26,723 nucleotides of DNA from a virus (IMGVR_UViG_3300017903_002919:1-26723), one strand, 5' to 3'. Shown: positions 1-7,810, counted from the first letter of the stretch. Translations and numbers: made by a program. Notes: generated from the letters alone by a model not told the origin.

Positions 1-462
1 CTTTCTTCTGGTGCTGGTGGAACAATAGCGACAGCGCCTACTTCAAGTGTTTTTCCTACTTACTTTATTGGCGGAAACAATAATCGACCCAGCGATAATC
101 TCGTTTTCTACTGCTTCGCCCCAGTAGACGGGTACTCTAGTTTCGGCAGCTACACCGGCAACAGCAGTGCGGATGGTCCGTTTGTGTATACCGGATTTAG
201 GCCGAGGTGGATCATGGTAAAGAATGCTGGCGCAACTACCGATTGGGTCGTCGTGGATACTGCCCGCGAGACTTATAACGTCGTGGATGAATTTCTTCGT
301 CCTAACTCAAGCGCGGCAGAAGGGACACGAGCAAACCTTGCCCTCGACATTCTTTCTAATGGCTTCAAGCATCGAGGACTTGATAATTTTTTAAACGGCT
401 CCAATACGCACGTCTACGCAGCATTTGCTGAGCATCCCTTCAAAACCGCCCGTGCGCGGTAA
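1..462 (+). CDS. Tail fibre / virion structural protein, C-terminal part (5' truncated by window edge)
   Basis: Frame 1 is open from base 1 (LSSGAGG...YCFAPVDGYSSFGSYTGNSSADGPFVYTGFRPRWIMVK...YAAFAEHPFKTARAR). This 'GSYTGN..DGPFVYTGFRP' repeat domain is typical of marine phage/cyanophage tail-fibre-like proteins. Confidence 0.75.
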   Translation, partial: LSSGAGGTIATAPTSSVFPTYFIGGNNNRPSDNLVFYCFAPVDGYSSFGSYTGNSSADGPFVYTGFRPRWIMVKNAGATTDWVVVDTARETYNVVDEFLRPNSSAAEGTRANLALDILSNGFKHRGLDNFLNGSNTHVYAAFAEHPFKTARAR

Positions 463-508
463 AGTTATCAATTACTAACTAGACTTAAAGCAAGCCGCAC
501 CATTGTTT

Positions 509-898
509 ATGGTCGACTTCGAAAACGATTTAGTATTCAATCTTCAATGTTTACAGAAGAGATCTGCTAGAAAACGTTTTCGAAGAAGTATTTTGGACGA
601 GTGGCCTTCATGTGCTTACTGCGGTAGACCCAATCCGACTACTTTGGATCATGTGACACCAAGAGCTAAAGGCGGAAAAACTAAGAAAAATAATCTAATT
701 GGCGCTTGCGGTGCTTGCAATCTTGAAAAAAGTGACCTTGAGTGGTTTGTTTGGTACCGAGGCCAGATTTTTTGGACACCAGAAAGAGAGGATAAAATTC
801 TTAGCTGGATTAATCAGCTAGAAGAACTTAACCCTCCCTGTCCTGTATGGACTAATTGGATGGAACCTACAGCGTTGCTGCTTCCAGAAGCCGTCTGA
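509..898 (+). CDS. HNH endonuclease
   Basis: CAYCG...TLDHVTPRAKGG....NLIGACGACNLEK gives a CxxC/HNH/CxxC signature. ATG at 509; alternative TTG at 503. Confidence 0.9.
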   Translation: MVDFENDLVFNLQCLQKRSARKRFRRSILDEWPSCAYCGRPNPTTLDHVTPRAKGGKTKKNNLIGACGACNLEKSDLEWFVWYRGQIFWTPEREDKILSWINQLEELNPPCPVWTNWMEPTALLLPEAV

Positions 899-1075
899 TT
901 AGTCCTTAGCGATCTTGGTGACAATGCCAGCAATTTTTTCAATAATTTTATAAATTTTGCCGTAAAACTCGTCGTCTTTCGGCGTGGGCGTGACGTTGAC
1001 AACTGCAAGTGCAAGGATGTGAAGAGCACCAGCAATACCTACAATTTCACCCCAGTTGGATAGTAAAAAGTCCAC
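899..1075 (-). CDS. Small membrane protein, holin-like (58 aa; not in ORF track)
   Basis: Manual translation from GTG: MDFLLSNWGEIVGIAGALHILALAVVNVTPTPKDDEFYGKIYKIIEKIAGIVTKIAKD. One TM helix, a TPTPKDD motif seen in small phage membrane proteins, and an amphipathic C-terminus. The stop abuts the HNH stop. Confidence 0.7.
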   Translation of the reverse strand: MDFLLSNWGEIVGIAGALHILALAVVNVTPTPKDDEFYGKIYKIIEKIAGIVTKIAKD

Positions 1076-1121
1076 TCTCTTTTAGAGCGTATTACACTTT
1101 AAGTATAGCTAATAATGTCAG

Positions 1122-1382
1122 ATGCCTGCCATTCTTGAGGATGCTGTAAAGAGCATCATGAGAAAAAACCCAGATATTAATAAAGGAGCAGCGTATGCTA
1201 TCGCTACTGATTCCCTTCAAAAATCTGGTGATTTAAAAGAAGGTACTAACAAAGCTACAGAAAAAGGAAAACGACGTGGTGAGATGTCGAAACAAAGTCG
1301 AGCAAAGACACGCGCAAAAAAATATAAAATTGAACGCGAGATGAATAAGAAAGATAAACGTAATACTTCAAGTAGAGACTAA
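1122..1382 (+). CDS. Small basic hypothetical phage protein
   Basis: 86-aa Lys/Arg-rich ORF with an 'AYAIAT.SLQKSG' motif. Confidence 0.75.
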   Translation: MPAILEDAVKSIMRKNPDINKGAAYAIATDSLQKSGDLKEGTNKATEKGKRRGEMSKQSRAKTRAKKYKIEREMNKKDKRNTSSRD

Positions 1383-1441
1383 CAAATTCAAAAATAAGGT
1401 AAAAACGGCTAAACTACATAAAAAGCTCGAGTCCGGTTGTC

Positions 1442-1579
1442 ATGATGCCTTCTAACGACCCTGGATCCTTTTCAGCTCCTTCCGAAAAGAGGGAAGATAG
1501 TAATATGACACGTCAGAAAGGTAAAAATCTTTTATCTCGCAAGCTTGCTGAAATGAAAGAGGAAGAAAATCGTGGCTGA
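1442..1579 (+). CDS. Small hypothetical protein (45 aa; not in ORF track)
   Basis: MMPSNDPGSFSAPSEKREDSNMTRQKGKNLLSRKLAEMKEEENRG. The stop overlaps the next start (GTGGCTGA), the same 8-nt coupling seen at 2386-2393 and 2594-2601. Confidence 0.55.
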   Translation: MMPSNDPGSFSAPSEKREDSNMTRQKGKNLLSRKLAEMKEEENRG

Positions 1580-1802
1580 AACAGCTAAAAAACGAGACCC
1601 TGCTAAATGGGCTAGAGCGAAGGCTAAAGCTCGTAAAAAAATGGGTGGACACTCTGCACGGGCTATGCAGTTAGCCGTCAAATATTACAAAGACGCAGGA
1701 GGCACGTACGAAGGTAAAAAATCTTCTAAAAATAAACTCTCTAAATGGAGCAAAGAAGACTGGCAGACTCGTGAAGAGTACGAGAAAAAAGATAAAAAAT
1801 AA
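1572..1802 (+). CDS. Basic protein, N-terminal half of a DUF5872-like protein
   Basis: HSARAMQLAVKYYKDAGGTYEG...LSKWSKEDWQT resembles the SARKAQ...YK..GGGY...LSKW.KE.WQT block of DUF5872 as recalled. Confidence 0.7.
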   Translation: MAETAKKRDPAKWARAKAKARKKMGGHSARAMQLAVKYYKDAGGTYEGKKSSKNKLSKWSKEDWQTREEYEKKDKK

Positions 1803-1808
1803 AATACT

Positions 1809-2393
1809 ATGAAAGACTCTCCTAATACAGATGTAGACCTTAGAGGAAAAATACTCTTAGGAAAGAAAGTAACCGAGGTGTCCCCTAAGTGTCCTTTAGC
1901 GACAGTAGATATAGAGGAAAATATTAAAAACAGAGACTGGACTATTAAGAAATTTGGATATGGTCCCTTGAATCCAGATTCTCCTGATCCCGGTTTTTGG
2001 GAGGAGAAAGCAGCTCTTTGGGGTACAGATGACCAAACTGTAAAGACTGCTCGTTGCGGCAACTGCGCTGCTTTTGATCAGTCAAGCGTCGTTATGGGTT
2101 GTATAGAAAAAGGAATTAACGAAACTAATGCAGCAGATCCACAAGATGTTTTAGATCTTGCTGATTTGGGTTACTGTCAATTATTCAAATTCAAGTGTGC
2201 TGCTGCTCGAACCTGTGATGCGTGGTTACACGGAGGTCCAATTAGAGATCAACAACAAGAGCCAGCGTATGAGACAGGAGTCGAAAACGAATTGACTGAT
2301 ATTGTGAGCCAACTAGACAAGGCGTCACGGACACATCGAAACCAAGCGAATAGACTTGAAGTGCTTAAAAACTCTATGAGAGTTTATGGCTGA
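1809..2393 (+). CDS. Cys-rich putative metal-binding protein (HiPIP-like Cys pattern)
   Basis: 194 aa. Motifs CPLAT, YGPLNP, RCGNCAAF...GYCQLFKFKCAAARTCDAW. Confidence 0.7.
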   Translation: MKDSPNTDVDLRGKILLGKKVTEVSPKCPLATVDIEENIKNRDWTIKKFGYGPLNPDSPDPGFWEEKAALWGTDDQTVKTARCGNCAAFDQSSVVMGCIEKGINETNAADPQDVLDLADLGYCQLFKFKCAAARTCDAWLHGGPIRDQQQEPAYETGVENELTDIVSQLDKASRTHRNQANRLEVLKNSMRVYG

Positions 2394-2601
2394 TCGGGCG
2401 CGTGAAAAAGGGCGCACTGAGCGCTACTTACCTAAGTCTGCCTGGGCCTCGATGTCCAAGGAAGAACGTCGAGCTACGGATGAAAAAAAGAAGCGAGCTA
2501 CGCGAGGTAAACCTGTAAATACTCATGTAGCCAATACTGAAAAAGCCAAACAGGCTGGCAGAAAAGCTCGGAAGTACAAAGCATCTAAGAAAAATGGCTA
2601 A
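2386..2601 (+). CDS. Basic protein, C-terminal half of a DUF5872-like protein
   Basis: ERYLPKSAWASMSKEERRATDEKKKR...VANTEKAK resembles the RYLPK.AW..LS.EE..ATD.KK...V.NT..AK block of DUF5872. Confidence 0.7.
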   Translation: MADRAREKGRTERYLPKSAWASMSKEERRATDEKKKRATRGKPVNTHVANTEKAKQAGRKARKYKASKKNG

Positions 2602-2725
2602 GCGCGGAACTTGCTGGAAAGGCTACGTTCAGGAAGGCTACAAGAAAAAGGATGGCCGAAACGTACCTAATTGTGTACGTGCTAAGAAGAAGGCTCGTTC
2701 TTATCGGAAGTCCAAGGGGCGCTGA
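2594..2725 (+). CDS. Small basic phage protein with CWKGY...VPNCV motif (43 aa; not in ORF track)
   Basis: MAKRGTCWKGYVQEGYKKKDGRNVPNCVRAKKKARSYRKSKGR. The motif recurs in marine phages, and the start is coupled to the upstream stop. Confidence 0.8.
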   Translation: MAKRGTCWKGYVQEGYKKKDGRNVPNCVRAKKKARSYRKSKGR

Positions 2726-3011
2726 GCCGCATAGGACCACCTAATAACTTTTGAGCTTCGGAGCCGTCGGGTTTTTCTTCAGAAAAAATGTATTCAAAAT
2801 TTTTAGCTTCTTCTTTGTCCCATTGAGCATGTAGTTCTTCTATATCATTATCTAATTGTTTAAGCGTAATTTGAGTTCTAAACTCTACCCAGTCATCTAA
2901 GCAATACGCCAAAGCTTTTTTGATAAGTGGATTAAATTTTATTCTCGGCATAAATTTTGATATAAATTGAATAATTTCATACACAAGCGCATTAGTTTTG
3001 TTGTAAGCCAT
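2682..3011 (-). CDS. Hypothetical protein
   Basis: 109-aa ATG ORF with normal composition that fills the gap between + strand genes. Confidence 0.65.
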   Translation of the reverse strand: MAYNKTNALVYEIIQFISKFMPRIKFNPLIKKALAYCLDDWVEFRTQITLKQLDNDIEELHAQWDKEEAKNFEYIFSEEKPDGSEAQKLLGGPMRLSAPWTSDKNEPSS

Positions 3012-3081
3012 GTCAGTAAATTTATTACCTATATTTTATAGATAAGCTGCGCTATTATTTAATTAAATCTATTTTGTTGTC

Positions 3082-3483
3082 GTGGCAGAAACTACTTTCA
3101 ATCGTGAGTTAGGTGCTGCTCCTGCAGGTATTTCACGCTTTGGTCAGATCAGGACCGAAGATGGTGGTAATATCACTGTTGATTCTTTCCGTGAGTTTGC
3201 TGGTGATGGATCTTTTGAGCTTGCGGATGTTTATAAAGTTACTTCGAGTGTTACTGGCACTGGGACTGTAACGCTTCAAGCTGGTTCTAAAAATGTCGGT
3301 AGAGTTTTTATTATTTCGGGTGTTAACGGCAGTGTCTTAGGTGAAGTCGAAGCACCCAAAATTTCTAATCGTTCTGACGTATCTTTTACTTTTAGCGTTG
3401 GAGCAAGTTTACAAAATGAATTATATGTGACTAAGACTGATCGTAGTCCCTGCGAATATCGTGTCACTTATACCGCTTCCTGA
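3082..3483 (+). CDS. Hypothetical beta-rich protein (possibly virion-associated)
   Basis: 133-aa GTG ORF, Gly/Ser/Thr/Val-rich with alternating beta-strand patterns. Confidence 0.75.
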   Translation: MAETTFNRELGAAPAGISRFGQIRTEDGGNITVDSFREFAGDGSFELADVYKVTSSVTGTGTVTLQAGSKNVGRVFIISGVNGSVLGEVEAPKISNRSDVSFTFSVGASLQNELYVTKTDRSPCEYRVTYTAS

Positions 3484-3844
3484 TAATAGGCTAACTAAAG
3501 CCTTAAGATCAATCCCCGAAAAATTTGGAGAGGCTTATCTTCCGTGTCTTTACTTTATGGTAGAGGGTAATTTATCAGCAATTACTTTTAAAAAACTTGC
3601 TGTAGCCTATAACACAGGCATTAAAACAGCTATTGTCTACAGTCTTTGTTGTCTGTTGTTTAACAACACTTCAATTTTTGTTTCGGCATTTTTAACCGGT
3701 GTTATTACCTTCATCTGCGATTTATACACGCATCCTACGCATTTTGGTCATTTCTGGACAGAAGCTGCGGCGACGGGTGTGTCCGCGTCCTTACTTTCGT
3801 TGATATTTCATGTAACCGTTGTCAGAATGAAACGTCGCAATTAA
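3461..3844 (+). CDS. Multi-pass membrane protein (holin candidate)
   Basis: 3-4 hydrophobic segments, a DLYTHPTHFG..EAAATG motif and a basic C-terminal tail. Lies directly upstream of the endolysin. Confidence 0.6.
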   Translation: MSLIPLPDNRLTKALRSIPEKFGEAYLPCLYFMVEGNLSAITFKKLAVAYNTGIKTAIVYSLCCLLFNNTSIFVSAFLTGVITFICDLYTHPTHFGHFWTEAAATGVSASLLSLIFHVTVVRMKRRN

Positions 3845-3848
3845 GACG

Positions 3849-5096
3849 ATGACTAGGCTGTCACAGTTTGGTTTAGAACTTATAAAAAAGTTTGAAGGTC
3901 TTAGCCTCCGCACTTACGTTGATGCGGTTGGTGTCTTAACTATTGGATACGGACATACAGGTTCTGATGTAACTGAGGGACATAAAATTACTGAAGAGGA
4001 AGCAGAACGTTTATTACTTAAAGATGTATCTTCCTTTGAATCTGCGGTTAATACTTTTACTAATGTTCGTTTAAACCAAAATGAATATGATGCTCTTGTA
4101 AGCTTTTCTTACAACGTAGGGCCTACAGCTTATAAGAACTCTACTTTATTGAGAAAATTAAATAACGGATGTGATCGAAAAGAAGTAGCTGAAGAGTTCT
4201 CACGTTGGGTAAAAGGTGCTAATGGTGAAGATATTCCTGGTTTGGTCAGGAGGAGAGCCGAAGAAAAAAAATTATTTTTGAGTAAACCTTCTAAACATCC
4301 GATGTTAGGCCAGTCAATTTTAGCTAAGCAAAACACTTGGCTTAAGACTCGCCCTGCTCAATCGTCAGTTCTTTTACCTGAAGAAAAATTATACGTGCCA
4401 AAAAATGCAGCGTGGGAGTGGGATAAAATTACTATGACCGCTGGTAATTCTCATTACGAAATCAAGTTGTCTCAACAACCTGATAAAATCTGGTATTTTT
4501 ACGCACCACATTGGAAAATTATAAATGATATTCCGGAAGGAACAATAACAAGAAAACAATCAGAAGAGATTAAACTTGATATCCCTTACTATTCTCAACT
4601 TGACAATTATAGAGATGCAAATAGAACTTGTTTTAGCTCTAGTTGTGCAATGTTGTTGAGCGGGTTAAAAAAAGATGCAATTTCAAATGATGATGACTAC
4701 ATTGAAACTGTTTTCGAGATCGGAGACACTACTGAAGCTTGGGTGCAGTTAAGAGCATTAGAACATTATGGTGTTAAAGCAGCTTTTCGACAAGATGGAT
4801 GTTGGGAAGATGTTGAAGAGCTTATTGGTAAAGGTATTCCGGTTCCTTTGGGTATACTTCATTTAGGAGATGTATCTAATCCTGTTGGAGGAGGTCATTG
4901 GATTGTTGCAGTTGGTTTAAGCTCTGATAAAAAGAAAATACTTGTTCACGATCCTTTTGGAGATCTTGATTTAATATCCGGTCGTTACTTATCAGATAAC
5001 GGAAAATATCTTTGGTATTCAAAAGAGAATTTAGGTCCTCGATGGATGGTCGAGGCAGGATATTCGTCAGGGTGGTACATTAAAGCAGAAAGTTAG
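3849..5096 (+). CDS. Endolysin: GH24 lysozyme + SH3-like domain + C39-like cysteine peptidase
   Basis: N-terminus FEG...YVDAVGVLTIGYGHT (E-x8-D-x5-T), ALVSFSYNVG and GLVRRRAEE. Middle TWLK.RP.QSS.L...HY...WYFY..H. C-terminus PYYSQLDN...TCFSSSCAM, GGGHW and HDP (Cys/His/Asp). Confidence 0.92.
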   Translation: MTRLSQFGLELIKKFEGLSLRTYVDAVGVLTIGYGHTGSDVTEGHKITEEEAERLLLKDVSSFESAVNTFTNVRLNQNEYDALVSFSYNVGPTAYKNSTLLRKLNNGCDRKEVAEEFSRWVKGANGEDIPGLVRRRAEEKKLFLSKPSKHPMLGQSILAKQNTWLKTRPAQSSVLLPEEKLYVPKNAAWEWDKITMTAGNSHYEIKLSQQPDKIWYFYAPHWKIINDIPEGTITRKQSEEIKLDIPYYSQLDNYRDANRTCFSSSCAMLLSGLKKDAISNDDDYIETVFEIGDTTEAWVQLRALEHYGVKAAFRQDGCWEDVEELIGKGIPVPLGILHLGDVSNPVGGGHWIVAVGLSSDKKKILVHDPFGDLDLISGRYLSDNGKYLWYSKENLGPRWMVEAGYSSGWYIKAES

Positions 5097-5106
5097 AAGC
5101 TCCCCC

Positions 5107-5295
5107 GTGGGTACAACCAGTTCGATCGATTGGGATTTTGAACTTGAAAATCAAAAAGCATTATTTATGAATTATTTATATGAAGAATCTGGCCGCACTA
5201 GCGGTCATTTTACAGGTCTTTGGACTGAGTACTGTCGTAAAACAGGAGAACAAGGTAGGAAAGATTTCTTCAAATTGTCTAACCTGAATAAGTAA
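5107..5295 (+). CDS. Small hypothetical phage protein
   Basis: 62 aa with an LYE.SGR....TGLW motif of the kind seen in cyanophage small proteins. Confidence 0.65.
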   Translation: MGTTSSIDWDFELENQKALFMNYLYEESGRTSGHFTGLWTEYCRKTGEQGRKDFFKLSNLNK

Positions 5296-5307
5296 GGTTT
5301 TAAAACA

Positions 5308-5541
5308 GTGGCTCGCGACTATAGAAAAGAATATGATGATTATCAGGGTTCTGAGCGTCAAAAGAAACGTAGAGCTGCTCGTAATAAAGCCCGCCGACAG
5401 CTTGAACGAAGTGGAAGAGTCAGTAAAGGAGATGGTAAAGAAATAGATCACAAAGACTTTAATCCAGAAAATAACAGTTCTAAAAATATCCGAGTGGTCA
5501 AAGCTAAAACAAATCGCGAAAGACAGCCAAAACGGAGTTAA
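5308..5541 (+). CDS. Small basic HNH-like protein
   Basis: RDYRKEY...RAARNKARR...GDGKEIDHKD.NP.NN...N.RV.....NR is a minimal HNH-type motif. Confidence 0.75.
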   Translation: MARDYRKEYDDYQGSERQKKRRAARNKARRQLERSGRVSKGDGKEIDHKDFNPENNSSKNIRVVKAKTNRERQPKRS

Positions 5542-5550
5542 GATAAACTC

Positions 5551-6066
5551 ATGGAAAATTCTAATCTTCTTCAAAAACCAGGCGGATTGGGTCCTTTACC
5601 TGATCTCAAGCCTATCGGTATGTCGATGGTTGATCCGAGCAGTTATTTAAATTCTGATAACAGCATTCGGATGCGCCAGCGAGCACAGCTTGACAACGTT
5701 AACCGAGTTTTCGCTCAGTACAACGTAAACCATGGTTCTTACGTTAGGTCTCCCGTAAGTCCCGTCGAGTATGGTATCGGTAACGTTGTTAAGTCGTCCG
5801 AACCCGTGGGCGCTGCAGGTTACAACCATCGGGACATTCCTATGCCGATGGCTCCTGACGACATGCCTAAAGAGCGTTACGTATTTGAAGAGGCCAATAA
5901 ACTTGATCCGACGATGCGTCTCAATGTCGGAGCTCTTTCAATGCTTCCTGAGCAGAATTTTTACAATATTACGACCCCTGACTCCAAGGTTCCTCTTCAG
6001 GATTACCGAATGGCGGACAATTTGATGCTACAGCAACAAGTTGTTGGAGGCGGTGATGCAATCTAA
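5551..6066 (+). CDS. Hypothetical protein
   Basis: 171-aa ATG ORF, Pro/Met/Asn-rich, in the + strand gene run. Confidence 0.75.
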   Translation: MENSNLLQKPGGLGPLPDLKPIGMSMVDPSSYLNSDNSIRMRQRAQLDNVNRVFAQYNVNHGSYVRSPVSPVEYGIGNVVKSSEPVGAAGYNHRDIPMPMAPDDMPKERYVFEEANKLDPTMRLNVGALSMLPEQNFYNITTPDSKVPLQDYRMADNLMLQQQVVGGGDAI

Positions 6067-6196
6067 CGGTATGCAACCTATGCGTATGGCTGGTATGAGG
6101 CTCGGTATGGGTCCTGCTGATATGGCTCGCGCTGTGTCGAATCCTTCTGAGCTGACACGTAGACTCCGTTATCAAGAGGCGTTTCCTAAAAGCTGA
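6056..6196 (+). CDS. Small Met/Gly-rich hypothetical protein (46 aa; not in ORF track)
   Basis: MQSNGMQPMRMAGMRLGMGPADMARAVSNPSELTRRLRYQEAFPKS. GGAGG at 6046-6050 lies upstream, and the ORF fills the gap before thyX. Confidence 0.6.
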   Translation: MQSNGMQPMRMAGMRLGMGPADMARAVSNPSELTRRLRYQEAFPKS

Positions 6197-6225
6197 GCTA
6201 AATTATTCAAGTCTGCCTAGGTACG

Positions 6226-6945
6226 GTGCATACAGTAAAGCTTGATTGGATCACACCTGATTCCGAGAAGGTTATCGCACGTCACGCGAGAGTTTCTACT
6301 TCAAAACCTGACCGACCCGAGTACGAACGTTTACTCAAATTTTGTATTAAACACGGCCATTGGTCGATTTTCGAACAAGCTAATGCTTCGTTTGAAATTA
6401 TCACCACACGGGCGATCTCACCCCAGATACTTAGACACAGGACTTTTACATTCCAGGAATTAAGTCAGCGTTATGCTAATCCTTGGGAAGTTATAAATTC
6501 AAATCCTTGTGAAGCTCAGAAGTTTGAAATGCGTAAACAGGCAGAAAGTAATCGTCAATCCAGTACAGACTGTATTGATGAATCTCTTGAGTCTAGGTTT
6601 AGAGATGATTTAAGTATTATCGACGCACAGCTCTGGGATTTATACAACCGAATGATTGAAGCAGGCGTGGCTAGAGAGTGCGCTAGAAATATTTGTCCCC
6701 TTTACACACCGACAAAGCTTCATATGAATGGGACGATCAGATCCTGGGCACACTATGTCGGTCTGAGAGGAGCAGAAGACACTCAAAAAGAGCATCGTGA
6801 GATTGCAAAACAAATTGGTATTATTCTCGCAGTTGAGCTTCCTGTTGTGACTAAGGCTCTTGCTCTTGCTGCTGCTCAAAATCCAGATGACAAGAGTCTT
6901 CAGGGATGGCTTGCCATTCACCCTCTTGCCAAAGACCAAGATTAG
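6226..6945 (+). CDS. thyX: FAD-dependent thymidylate synthase ThyX
   Basis: GHWSIFE, the RHRTFTFQELSQRY ThyX motif (RHR-x7-S-x-R), GVARECAR and Q.EHR. Confidence 0.97.
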   Translation: MHTVKLDWITPDSEKVIARHARVSTSKPDRPEYERLLKFCIKHGHWSIFEQANASFEIITTRAISPQILRHRTFTFQELSQRYANPWEVINSNPCEAQKFEMRKQAESNRQSSTDCIDESLESRFRDDLSIIDAQLWDLYNRMIEAGVARECARNICPLYTPTKLHMNGTIRSWAHYVGLRGAEDTQKEHREIAKQIGIILAVELPVVTKALALAAAQNPDDKSLQGWLAIHPLAKDQD

Positions 6946-7060
6946 TTTCGTCTTCAACAAACTCCATCAAGTTTTTTAGAGCTTGATTGAGTAATTCTTC
7001 TTCTTCCTCTGGCGTGAGATCTAGATCAAGATCATCAGGAGTTTTTTCTTCAGACATCAT
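6851..7060 (-). CDS. Small highly acidic hypothetical protein
   Basis: About 69 aa, very Asp/Glu-rich. Last gene of the - strand run; overlaps the thyX 3' end by 95 nt. Confidence 0.55.
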   Translation of the reverse strand: MMSEEKTPDDLDLDLTPEEEEELLNQALKNLMEFVEDETNLGLWQEGEWQAIPEDSCHLDFEQQQEQEP

Positions 7061-7235
7061 CAAAATTTTGCAGATAAACTTTACGATACAGTTCGTAGAT
7101 TTTACTGGTAAGACTTTTTATTTTTTCATCTACTAAATGCATACTAGAAACAAAACAAGTTTCGATAAACTCATCTTGTTCTACTTGCACTTTATACATA
7201 TTGCCATCCTCCGTTATTTGGACTGAGTATTTCAC
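7050..7235 (-). CDS. Hypothetical protein
   Basis: GTG start overlaps the upstream stop (GTGA at 7232-7235); alternative ATG at 7247. Contains a CFVSSMHLV motif. Confidence 0.65.
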   Translation of the reverse strand: MKYSVQITEDGNMYKVQVEQDEFIETCFVSSMHLVDEKIKSLTSKIYELYRKVYLQNFDDV

Positions 7236-7810
7236 TCTTGTCCCCATAAATCATCATTAGTTCTTTGGACAGTCTGGCGAGGCGCGGCCGCTTGTGCCAT
7301 CTGAGCTACGCGAATAACCTGATTAGCTTCGTCAAGCTTTTGAGTGAGCATGACATTTTGCTGAGTGGTAGTTTCTAGTTGTGCTTGAGCCCAGTTCTGA
7401 GCGTTCTTTGTAAGCTCGTCAAGAACGTTACTGCTGTGGGGAAAACTAAAAATGAAGTCGTTTTGCGAAGCTCCTTGAATTTTTTGACCGTTGGTGTCGT
7501 TAGCCAAAGCAGTTAAGTAATCAGAAGCAACGTCGACGTCGATGTCTGAAGCGATTGCTAGTTCAACAGGACTAATAATTCCACGGTTACGGTCGTATAA
7601 AGCCCTGAAGGCTCCAGATACTTGACCACTGGTTGTCAGACCCTCTTCCTCTTCATATCGACGTTTCTCGATGACTGACGCTCCCGCTAATGCACCTCCG
7701 GTAAAAGATAAAGGAGCAGCAATAAAATTAGGACTGATAAAAAGAGCCAGGACACTTGTGATGCCTCCGATTGCAATGGTGCCCGTGTAGCAATTAATCA
7801 GGCGAGTCAT
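7232..7810 (-). CDS. Two-TM membrane protein with winged-helix-like domain and coiled coil
   Basis: Likely start MTRLIN (7810; ORF open to 7891). Two hydrophobic helices, then FRALYDRNRGIISPVELAIASDIDVDVASDYL..LA (wHTH-like), then a Gln-rich coiled coil. Confidence 0.7.
   Translation of the reverse strand: MTRLINCYTGTIAIGGITSVLALFISPNFIAAPLSFTGGALAGASVIEKRRYEEEEGLTTSGQVSGAFRALYDRNRGIISPVELAIASDIDVDVASDYLTALANDTNGQKIQGASQNDFIFSFPHSSNVLDELTKNAQNWAQAQLETTTQQNVMLTQKLDEANQVIRVAQMAQAAAPRQTVQRTNDDLWGQE

Noticed and set aside
814-1035. 73-aa - strand ORF from the track
   Set aside because: Wrong frame; the 899-1075 frame gives a recognisable protein with no overlap.
1452-2062. - strand ORFs 1452-1652 and 1685-2062 (likewise 5176-5574)
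   Set aside because: Antisense shadows of basic + strand genes with Phe/Ser/Leu-biased composition.
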